Shown: positions 8,551-15,845 of the stretch, in pieces | How positions within the stretch are numbered: the stretch's first letter is position 1 | Layout of the letters: every line of letters begins with the position of its first letter | Origin: Myxococcales bacterium | Lineage (GTDB): Bacteria > Myxococcota_A > Polyangia > Palsa-1104 | Assembly (NCBI GenBank): GCA_043729375.1 | Contig: JAYTLP010000082.1 | Span: 1-33,248 of the forward strand | Direction: 5' to 3' | Length of the DNA stretch: 33,248 nucleotides | Position numbers and translations under genes: made by a program | Notes under the pieces: model-generated | Seen by the model: only the letters and a program-made list of their open reading frames with translations | Told to the model about the DNA's origin: nothing | Databases searched by the model: none

Positions 8551-9369
8551 GTGCTATTTTTGCAAGCTACCGTGCTACTCGTCGCACTGCACACCGCCGC
8601 CTCCCGGCAGGACACGGGTGCAGTCGTGCTCTCCGGCGCCCCAGGCACGTGGCGACTGCGGCTCGACCTCGTGCGCGGGTGGGTCCACGGCTATGCCGTG
8701 GAGACCTCCCTCGCCGAGGAGCCTGCGCGACGGCCGAGCGAGCACATGCAGCGCCAGAGCCAGCTCGTCGACCGCATCGCGCCGCGCGCGCCGATCGCGC
8801 CCCCGTCCGCTCGGCTCGCGCACCTCCTGTCCGCTGCCACGCGCGCGAGGTACGGCGCCGCACAGGCAGCCGCCGTCCGTTCGCCCTGGGACGCGACCAC
8901 ACCGTTCCATCCGCTCGGCGCACTCCGTGCCGCGGTGGGGCGAATGCTGGATCCTGTCGACGCGCGGGCGACGACGCTGCTCGCCGCGCCCTCTGCGCAG
9001 GTGATCGCGCTCGTGCACACGTTGCATGCAAGCGCGCTGGACCCCGACGAGCAAGAAGCGGTGTCGCTGCTGTCCACGGCTCGCAGCTGGAACGAGCTGC
9101 TCGCTCGATCGCACACGACGCCGGCGCGTCTCCTGCGCCTCTTGCGCGATGCCACGGCGCTCGGGGCCATCCGCATCGGCGACGCCGATCACGGCGCTGC
9201 GTTGCTGCACCTCATGATCCACGGCGAGGCGGAAGAGGCCGCCCGCCACGCGCAATACCGCGCCGAGGCGCGCGCGCTGCACCCAGACCTGCACCCCGAG
9301 GCAGACAACACGGAGAAGGCGCGCCTCACCGCAGCGATGGCGGACCTCGCCGCGCGCAACCGCAGGTGA
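8551..9369 (+). CDS. Hypothetical protein with C-terminal J-domain (HPD) signature; N-terminus possibly DUF4388/PATAN-like
   Basis: Only the 3' part of ORF 8098..9369 looks coding. The start is GTG 8551 or 8572. C-terminus HAQYRAEARALHPDLHPEADNTEKARLTAAMADLA fits DnaJ helix II, the HPD loop and helix III. N-terminus LLVALHTAASRQDTGAVVLSGAPGTWRLRLDLVRGWVHG. Confidence 0.5.
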   Translation: MLFLQATVLLVALHTAASRQDTGAVVLSGAPGTWRLRLDLVRGWVHGYAVETSLAEEPARRPSEHMQRQSQLVDRIAPRAPIAPPSARLAHLLSAATRARYGAAQAAAVRSPWDATTPFHPLGALRAAVGRMLDPVDARATTLLAAPSAQVIALVHTLHASALDPDEQEAVSLLSTARSWNELLARSHTTPARLLRLLRDATALGAIRIGDADHGAALLHLMIHGEAEEAARHAQYRAEARALHPDLHPEADNTEKARLTAAMADLAARNRR

Positions 9370-9379
9370 AGCGTCGACG

Positions 9380-10351
9380 CTACCCCGTCGCCACACAGCT
9401 CCACAGATTCTTCGACAGCGCGTCCAGCAAGACGAGCGCCTCGACAGCATCCGGGAGGCCAAGCTGCGGACGCTCGTCGACGACAAGTTGCGCGCGGAGC
9501 ACTGCAGCGGCCTGCTGGCGAATCACGCCGAGCTGGATGCGCTCGCTCGGCGAGAGTCGCGTCGCCAGCCAGCGACCGATGTCCCAGGAGAGCTCGGCGT
9601 GGGAAAGCTCGTCATCGGCCACGAGTGTCATCGTCTCGCGCACCGCGTCGTCTGGCGCGTGCTGCGACTGATACAGCGCGACCACGGCGCCGTAGGTCTC
9701 GGCAACCTCGCCTTCGCGCGTGTTCTCGATCGCGATATCGAGGAGGGGGCGAACGAAGAAGGGCGTCACGTTCACGTCGGGGACGCGTGCACCCGCGCGA
9801 GTGGCGAGAGCGCCCACCAGGTTCACGTGACGCCGCTCGTCGGCCGCAGCGCTCCGGGCTCGTACGACGAGCTCCGCCGGTGCGTCGTGGGCCGCAAGCT
9901 CGCTGGCGAGTCGCTCGAAGGCCTCCACCGACGCGGCTTCGAGGTGCGCGGCGCGCGCCCAGTACGCACCGGCCGCCGTCGACTCGTCGAGCTGCGGGCG
10001 TGCCAGCCCCGCCGGCGCGCGACCGCAACCGCTCGGAGCAAGGTAGGCGCAGAGGACCTCACTCGTGCCGGCATCCAGGTCGATCGGTGACTGCACGTTG
10101 CAGGTGACCTCGCTCGACCGGAAGCCCACGTTGTCCGCGTTGAGGCGATCGATGCAGAACGCCGTACAGTCGGTGCCACCGTCGGCACCCGTCCACGCGT
10201 AGGAGCGGTGCGCCGGGCCCGGTAAGTCGGGGTTGCAGCGGTAGACCGACTGGTCGGCGGGTCCGTCACTGCTGCCCCCGCAAGCGCCCGCGGTGAGGGG
10301 AACGGTCAGAACGAGTTGACGGAGGTAATTGCGGAGCTGGGTTTTTCGCAT
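9380..10351 (-). CDS. Ferritin-like domain protein, probable secreted protein or lipoprotein
   Basis: ORF 9380..10435, with start reassigned to ATG 10351 (MRKTQLRNYLRQLVLTVPLTAGAC, a signal-peptide or lipobox-like sequence). It has a Cys-rich N-domain, then AAHLEAASVEAFERLASEL...AADERRHVNLV...DELSHAELSW, a helical ExxH-type pattern. Confidence 0.55.
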   Translation of the reverse strand: MRKTQLRNYLRQLVLTVPLTAGACGGSSDGPADQSVYRCNPDLPGPAHRSYAWTGADGGTDCTAFCIDRLNADNVGFRSSEVTCNVQSPIDLDAGTSEVLCAYLAPSGCGRAPAGLARPQLDESTAAGAYWARAAHLEAASVEAFERLASELAAHDAPAELVVRARSAAADERRHVNLVGALATRAGARVPDVNVTPFFVRPLLDIAIENTREGEVAETYGAVVALYQSQHAPDDAVRETMTLVADDELSHAELSWDIGRWLATRLSPSERIQLGVIRQQAAAVLRAQLVVDERPQLGLPDAVEALVLLDALSKNLWSCVATG

Positions 10352-10453
10352 GTCCGCATCGTGTTGCAACACGCGCACCAGAGCGCTGCCAGTTCGACAT
10401 CGCTGGCTTGCGTCGCAACTCGACGATGCGACCACGACGCGTGAGTCAGGCTC

Positions 10454-11710
10454 TCAGTCGACGACGGCAAAGAAGAACTTGAGGTAGTTGCCGTCGTGAT
10501 AGCCGGCCGGTAGCGGGAAGTCGGGGGGCAGGCCCACGCGGTCGATGATGCGCACCTCGCGGCCCGCTCGATACGCGCCGGCGCCGATGGCGCGGTCGAG
10601 CTCGACGGGCTGGACCTTCATCGTGTTCGAGACGAAGGCGACGCGCGCGCCCCGCTCGCAAACGCGCAACGTGGCCTCGACGAGCTCTGGGTAGTCGCCC
10701 TGCACGGTGAACGTCCCGCCCTTGCCCTGCGCGAAAGACGGAGGATCGACGATGGCGAGATCGAACTTGCGGCCGCGCTCTGCGAATCGCGCGAGTACCT
10801 TGAACGCATCGCCGGCGATCGGGTCGTGCGGCGTGGTGAGGCCGTTGACCTCGAAGTTGCGCCGCGCCCGCGCGTGCGCGCGCTGCGCGAGGTCGACCGC
10901 GACGACCTCCTTCGCGCCACCCTTGGCCGCGTACACCGAGAAGGCGCCCGTGTACGAGAACAGGTTGAGCACCCGACGATCGCGCGCGTGCTCACCGACG
11001 AGAGTTCGACCCTTGCGCAGATCGAGGAAAAGACCGGTACCGAGCGGCGCGGTGACGTCGACGAGGAATGTGAGGCCCGCCTCGACGACCTCGACCTCGA
11101 CGGGCGCGAGCTGGCCTCGCTGCAGCGTCGCGGGCTGCGCGTGTCCTTCACCCGACTGCGGACGCTGGCGGCTCTGCGCGTAGATCGCGCGCGGCTTCAT
11201 GGTGGCCTCGAGCGCATCGTAGATGGCCGGCAGGTGGGGCTCGATCGCGGCCGAGAAGATCTGCGCGACGAGGTAGTCGCCATAGCGGTCGACGGTGACA
11301 CCCGGGACGCCGTCGCCCTCCGCGTTGATCACGCGATACGCGGTGAGGCCGTCGGGCACGAGCCCGATGCGGCGCTCGACGGCGCTGCGCACGCGCTCCG
11401 CAAACAGACCTGGACCGATCTGCTGGTTCGGATCTCTCGTGACGACACGCACGGCGACGGGGCTCGTCGGATCGAAGAGTCCGCGAGCCACGAGCGTGCC
11501 GTCTCCGTCGAGGAGCTCGACGGCGTCGCCGGCAGCACCGGGCAGCGCGCGAGGCCCCAGCGCCTCGCGGAACACGAGCGGGTGACCCGCACGGACGAGG
11601 GATGCGACCTCGGGGCTCAGGCGGACCGCGCCCTTGCGGACGCGCGGCTCGGTCTGGAGGGGACGCGAGGGCCGACGAGGGCCAGGGGCACGGGTGCGCA
11701 GGGTCGACAC
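10454..11710 (-). CDS. Class I SAM-dependent rRNA methyltransferase, RlmI/RlmK-like (PUA-like N-domain plus MTase)
   Basis: ORF 10454..11710, GTG start. Motifs YRVINAEGDGVPGVTVDRYGDYLV, SAM motif I VLNLFSYTGAFSVYAAKGGA, and motif IV IVDPPSFA. Confidence 0.8.
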   Translation of the reverse strand: MSTLRTRAPGPRRPSRPLQTEPRVRKGAVRLSPEVASLVRAGHPLVFREALGPRALPGAAGDAVELLDGDGTLVARGLFDPTSPVAVRVVTRDPNQQIGPGLFAERVRSAVERRIGLVPDGLTAYRVINAEGDGVPGVTVDRYGDYLVAQIFSAAIEPHLPAIYDALEATMKPRAIYAQSRQRPQSGEGHAQPATLQRGQLAPVEVEVVEAGLTFLVDVTAPLGTGLFLDLRKGRTLVGEHARDRRVLNLFSYTGAFSVYAAKGGAKEVVAVDLAQRAHARARRNFEVNGLTTPHDPIAGDAFKVLARFAERGRKFDLAIVDPPSFAQGKGGTFTVQGDYPELVEATLRVCERGARVAFVSNTMKVQPVELDRAIGAGAYRAGREVRIIDRVGLPPDFPLPAGYHDGNYLKFFFAVVD

Positions 11711-11924
11711 GGCGCGGCACGCTACACGAGCGACCCCCGCTCCGCCAGCGCCCCAAATTATTCAACACACAACGAAAGCCAGCCTACTAAAATGTCGGTC
11801 ACAAACTCGTTGACAGGCCTGGAACACGCGTGCGATGTAGGCCAACTGCGGCACGCTCACCACATGTGACCGCCGGCGCATGTAGCAAGACCAGCAGCGG
11901 CACGAACGAAAAAAAGGGGACGAC

Positions 11925-12137
11925 ATGGGACTCAGGGCACTGCAGCCGATACGCTTCGGCGACTACCTCGTCGAGCGCAAGCTCATCAGCGAGCGCCAGC
12001 TTCTCGACGCCCTCGCAGAGCACTGGATGAGCGGCTGCCGCATCGGGGAATCCGTCGCGCGCCGCGGCTACGTCGCGAAGTCCGAGGTGGAGCGTCTCGC
12101 CTTCGAGTTCCAGAACCTGTCGACCATCTACGTCTGA
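11925..12137 (+). CDS. Stand-alone MshEN / T2SSE-N-like mini-protein (70 aa)
   Basis: ORF 11925..12137, ATG preceded by AAGGGGA 4 nt upstream. RFGDYLVERKLISERQLLDALAEH, a 5-aa spacer (WMSGC), then RIGESVARRGYVAKSEVERLAFEF mirrors the tandem motif of PilB/MshE N-terminal domains. Confidence 0.6.
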   Translation: MGLRALQPIRFGDYLVERKLISERQLLDALAEHWMSGCRIGESVARRGYVAKSEVERLAFEFQNLSTIYV

Positions 12138-12302
12138 GCACTCTCTACCGTCGGCACAGGCGCCCGGGCTCTTCGGCGTGCAGGGCGACGCCTTCGCGCT
12201 TTATCCTCAGGGCCACTGAGGGTATGGTCGCGCGCCCGTCGATGACCCATTCGAGCGTTTCACAATCCCATCTGCCTTCGATTCACGAGGTCGAGGACCC
12301 CC

Positions 12303-14288
12303 ATGCAAAAGCGTAACGATGACACCTCGATCAGCCCGATGCCAGAGCGGCCCTCGGCGGAGACACCGATGACACGGCGCAGGCCGAACCTCGTGGGTCG
12401 CCCCGTCCACGCGAGGTCCACGAGCGACACGCCGCTCCCGCAGCCCGAGCCCGCCCGCGAAGACCTCGGTCCGCTGGTCGGACGCACGTTCGGCGGCTAC
12501 GAGATCGTCAGCTACATCGGAGAGGGTCCGTCCGGCGCTGTCTATCGCGGCGAGGATCTCCTCGGCAACGCGATGGCCGTCAAGGTGCTCCACGCCGGCC
12601 TGGCGAATCGTCCGCGCACGGAGCAGCTCCGTCGCGAGCTCGAGCGGCTCTCGGCGCTCGACCACGCTCAGCTCCAGCGCATCTACGACGCCGGCTACGG
12701 CGAAGAGGGTCAGTTCTTCTACGTCACTGACGAGCTCATCGGCTGCGATCTCGAGACCGGCCTCGACGACTCGGGTGGCCTGGCGCCGCGCAAGTCGTAC
12801 GAGATCGTGCGCTCGGTTTGCCATGCGCTCGAGGCCGCACACGCTGCAGGGGTCGTTCACGGCGGCCTTCGCCCCCGCAACGTTTTTCTCATGCCGCAAG
12901 ACCACGGCACGGCGGTCAAGGTCCTCGACTTCGGCGCCGCTCGCCTCGGTGGCGGCAGCGATCGCGGCATCGTGGCCGGTCACCCCGTCTACCTGGCACC
13001 CGAGCAGATGACGGGGCCGATGGATGGCGCAGCGACGGCGCGTAGCGACCTCTACTCGCTCGGCGTGCTCATGCACGAGCTCTTCTGCGGCGTCGTGCCG
13101 GCGTTCCGAGGGGGTCAGGCGAGCGCCCTCGCAGGCCGCCGCGGTCCCGTGGTGCCGCCGCCCAACGTCGATGCGCAGCTCGGGCGCCTCATCGTGTCGC
13201 TGCTCGACATGGAGCCCGCGCGTCGCCTGCCCTCGGCCACCGCGGTCCTCTCCGAGCTCGAGCGCTGGACGCGAAATGCCGGCGCCCAGCTCGACCCGCA
13301 TCAGCCTGCCGTCACGCGACGGAGCCCATCCGCCGCCGCTGGCTCGATCGGTCCCGACTCGACCATGCGCATGACGAAGTTCGATGCCCTGTCGCTCGCG
13401 CAGGAGACGATGCCGTCTGCGGGCGGTCGCACCCAGGACCAGGACCTCGCAACGGGTCCGAACCTGTTGCAGGATGATGTTGCCGGATCCGACGTTGAAG
13501 GCGAAGGCATCGAGCTCGCTGGCGAGCCGACGTCGACGAATGCGCGAACTTCCGAGCTCGCTACCCGAGGCAGAAAGACCATGACGCAGAACTCGACCCC
13601 GAAGCCCGACTCCCCGGCCGCACACGACAACGCAGCCGACTCCGTGGAGGCGTCCCTCGAGGACTTCATCAGCCAGGCCAACGCGTCGTTCCCCGCCGCC
13701 GACGGCTGGGACCTCCACACCGGCGATGTCGAGCTCATCGAGGCCGACGAGGGCCCGGCCGTCGCGGCCGCGCGCCCGAGCGCGATGCGCCACCCGGACC
13801 GCACCGAGGTCGTTTCGCAGCCGCTCCCCGCGCCGTACGCACCAATGTACGCGGCCCCCGCCCAGGCCGCCCCGGGGACCAACCCGCTCATGGTCGCGGG
13901 CCTCACCGTCGTCGCGGTCGCCGTCGGCGCAGTGCTCGCATTCTACTTCCTCAGATCGATGGCGCCGCAGCAGCAGCCCGCACCGCAGGTCATCGTCACG
14001 CCTGCGCCCGCGGCGCCGGTCGCCGCTGCGCCGGTCGTCACGCCGCTCCCCGCACCGGCCGCGGCCGCATCGGTCGTGACGCCTCTTCCGTCGGCAGCTC
14101 CTGTCGCCCACGTCGCCGCCCCCGAGGCGGTCGTCGTCCACCATGCTGCAGCGAAGAAGCACGTCGGTGCCGCACCGGCTGCCGCGCCCAAGTCGGCGCC
14201 GAAGGCCGCCGCACCGAAGAGCGACGTGTCGAAGAAGGACGCAGCCAAGAAGTCCGGCAACGACTGGGTCGACCCCTTCGCGAACTGA
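12303..14288 (+). CDS. Hanks-type kinase homologue lacking the catalytic Asp (predicted pseudokinase); single TM; Pro/Ala-rich tail
   Basis: ORF 12303..14288. G-loop IGEGPSGAVY, AVKVL lysine, LDFGAARL and YLAPEQ are present, but the catalytic loop reads VVHGGLRPRNVFL instead of HRDLKPxN. TM segment LMVAGLTVVAVAVGAVLAFYFL. Low-complexity P/A/V/K tail ending NDWVDPFAN. Confidence 0.8.
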   Translation: MQKRNDDTSISPMPERPSAETPMTRRRPNLVGRPVHARSTSDTPLPQPEPAREDLGPLVGRTFGGYEIVSYIGEGPSGAVYRGEDLLGNAMAVKVLHAGLANRPRTEQLRRELERLSALDHAQLQRIYDAGYGEEGQFFYVTDELIGCDLETGLDDSGGLAPRKSYEIVRSVCHALEAAHAAGVVHGGLRPRNVFLMPQDHGTAVKVLDFGAARLGGGSDRGIVAGHPVYLAPEQMTGPMDGAATARSDLYSLGVLMHELFCGVVPAFRGGQASALAGRRGPVVPPPNVDAQLGRLIVSLLDMEPARRLPSATAVLSELERWTRNAGAQLDPHQPAVTRRSPSAAAGSIGPDSTMRMTKFDALSLAQETMPSAGGRTQDQDLATGPNLLQDDVAGSDVEGEGIELAGEPTSTNARTSELATRGRKTMTQNSTPKPDSPAAHDNAADSVEASLEDFISQANASFPAADGWDLHTGDVELIEADEGPAVAAARPSAMRHPDRTEVVSQPLPAPYAPMYAAPAQAAPGTNPLMVAGLTVVAVAVGAVLAFYFLRSMAPQQQPAPQVIVTPAPAAPVAAAPVVTPLPAPAAAASVVTPLPSAAPVAHVAAPEAVVVHHAAAKKHVGAAPAAAPKSAPKAAAPKSDVSKKDAAKKSGNDWVDPFAN

Positions 14289-14332
14289 CCGTCCGCACCG
14301 CGTCGTTCACGTCCCGCAAGACGACCCCACAT

Positions 14333-14385
14333 CATACCCGCGCGGTCACACACTTGCTTGCATCTGCGAGCACGACGCGGGTATG
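14333..14385. repeat. 10-bp perfect inverted repeat (CATACCCGCG / CGCGGGTATG) with a 33-nt spacer
   Basis: Arms at 14333-14342 and 14376-14385, read directly. The repeat lies in the 134-nt gap upstream of the 14423 gene. Its function is unknown. Confidence 0.5.
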
Positions 14386-14422
14386 TACGCGCTTTCGAAT
14401 CCCCTTCGACCCGGTGAACTAG

Positions 14423-15826
14423 ATGCAGAAGCCGTCCACGGCCCGTCGCAACGCCCGCCCTCTCGCCTCTCTCGTAGTTGCTGGTCTCTTCACTGTTTCT
14501 GGCCCGCTCTCGCTCGTCGTCGCGACGCAGTCGGCGCACGCGCAGGCTGGCAACGATGACGACCCCGAGGTCATCGCGCAGGCGAAGGAGCACTACAAGG
14601 CGGGCCTCGCTGCCTACCAGGCAGGCAAGTACGACGTCGCCATCCGCGAGCTCAAGAAGGCATACGCGGCCAAGAGGCTCGCGCCGCTTCTCCTCAACAT
14701 CGGCGCCACCTACCGCAAGATAGGCGACCTCGACCTGTCGCTGCACTTCTATCAGAAGTACCTCGACGAGGCCCCGAGCGACGCGAAGGACCGTCCCGAC
14801 GTCGAGAAGATCATCGCCGAGCTGAAGGTCGCCAAGGCCGCCCAGGCCACCGACGACAGCACGGGCGAGGTGCCCCAGCCGCGCGAGACGCGCCGCTCGG
14901 GTGGCGAGTGGAAGCACGTGGTCATCGACGCCGCGCCGCCGGAGACGCCTATCGACGTGCGCGTCTCGACGCCGCCGATGAAGGGCGTCAAGGTCTTCGT
15001 GTACTTCCGTGGCGCCGGCCAGGCCGAGTTCAGCTCCGTGTTGATGAAGCGCCGGGGGCAGGAGAAGGTCGGGCGCATCCCGGCCGAGGCCGTCACGGGC
15101 CGCTCGCTGCAGTACTACATCGAGGCGAAGGATGCGTCGGGCACCGTGGTCAAGTCTGCCGGCGACTCGGGCAACCCGAACATCATCATGATCGAAGAGG
15201 GCGTGAAGCCCGTCATGCTCAGCTCGTCGAGCCGTCGCGATGACGACGCCGAGGAGCGCACCGAGGAGGACGAGGGCCGCAAGAAGCGCGTCAGCAAGGA
15301 CGACGACAGCGTTCCGGGCGGAACCAACCTCAACGAGCGTCCTGGCAATACGTACCGTCGGGACAAGGCGGCCGGCGGTCACTCCGTCCTGTGGACCGCG
15401 GGCGTCGGCCTGCTTGCCGGCGGCGGTCTCCTCACCGCCGTGGGCGGCGCGCTCACCGGTATCTCGAAGCACGAGCAGGGCGTCCTCGAAAAGGACTCGA
15501 ACGCCAGCACCGTCAAGTCGCCCATCTACTGGAACAACGATCCGAGCTTCACGGGCAAGCAGGAGAAGGCGCTCGACGCGACCGCGCGCACCGAAAACCA
15601 CGCGGGTATCCCGCTCCTCACCATCGGCGTCCTCGGCGTCGTGGCGGGCGCGGGCTGCCTCATCGCTGACGCCGTGATGCACGATGACCACGCCGGTCAC
15701 CACAAGAAGAAGAGCAACAAGAAGAGGCGCCGAGTCGTCGAGGAAGAGGAAGAGAGCAGCAACTGGTACGTCGCGCCGACCCTCGGCCCCAGCGTCGCCG
15801 GCGTGTCCGGCGGATTCACCTTCTAA
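14423..15826 (+). CDS. Secreted or membrane TPR protein with an unassigned ~100-aa domain and two C-terminal TM helices
   Basis: ORF 14423..15826. Signal peptide ending ...SAHA|QAG. TPR-like HYKAGLAAYQAGKYDVAIRELKKAY...LHFYQKYLDEAP. Central domain HVVIDAAPPETPIDVRV...VFVYFRGAGQAEFSSVLM...QYYIEAKDASG. TM segments SVLWTAGVGLLAGGGLLTAVGGAL and IPLLTIGVLGVVAGAGCLIADAV. Ends GGFTF. Confidence 0.7.
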   Translation: MQKPSTARRNARPLASLVVAGLFTVSGPLSLVVATQSAHAQAGNDDDPEVIAQAKEHYKAGLAAYQAGKYDVAIRELKKAYAAKRLAPLLLNIGATYRKIGDLDLSLHFYQKYLDEAPSDAKDRPDVEKIIAELKVAKAAQATDDSTGEVPQPRETRRSGGEWKHVVIDAAPPETPIDVRVSTPPMKGVKVFVYFRGAGQAEFSSVLMKRRGQEKVGRIPAEAVTGRSLQYYIEAKDASGTVVKSAGDSGNPNIIMIEEGVKPVMLSSSSRRDDDAEERTEEDEGRKKRVSKDDDSVPGGTNLNERPGNTYRRDKAAGGHSVLWTAGVGLLAGGGLLTAVGGALTGISKHEQGVLEKDSNASTVKSPIYWNNDPSFTGKQEKALDATARTENHAGIPLLTIGVLGVVAGAGCLIADAVMHDDHAGHHKKKSNKKRRRVVEEEEESSNWYVAPTLGPSVAGVSGGFTF

Positions 15827-15845
15827 GGCCAACGGAGACTCTGCG

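Noticed and set aside
8098-9671. ORFs 8098..9369 (423 aa) and 8181..9671 (496 aa), read as long genes covering the rpoZ region
   Set aside because: rpoZ (GTG 8243, with AGGAGG upstream) is unambiguous in a different frame. The 5' parts of these ORFs are Arg/Pro-rich. Only the 3' portion of 8098..9369, from about 8551, was kept as a CDS.
11810-11840. A promoter upstream of the MshEN-like mini-gene: a perfect TTGACA (11810-11815) and an overlapping sigma-54-like TGGAAC-N5-TGCG (11820-11834)
   Set aside because: There is no acceptable -10 hexamer at 16-18 nt; the best, GATGTA, matches 2 of 6 positions. The GG-to-GC spacing of the sigma-54-like element is one nt short of the TGGCAC-N5-TTGC consensus, and the -12 element is TGCG rather than TTGC. 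Not claimable without TSS data.
12202-12224. A hairpin (TATCCTCAG-GGCCA-CTGAGGGTA) downstream of the mini-gene, and a GC-rich hairpin at 24627-24649 between convergent pilS and the TPR/barrel gene, considered as intrinsic terminators
   Set aside because: Both stems are real, but neither is followed by a U-tract on either strand. The first is only 9 bp with a G-U pair, and the second contains a mismatch. This is insufficient for a terminator call.
13970-14230. The Pro/Ala/Val-rich coding stretch of the pseudokinase tail, considered as a DNA tandem repeat
   Set aside because: It is only a loose peptide-level reiteration (VVTPLPAPAAAAS / VVTPLPSAAPVAH) in low-complexity GC-rich sequence. There is no clean nucleotide periodicity of the kind seen in the 15-bp repeat at 27062.
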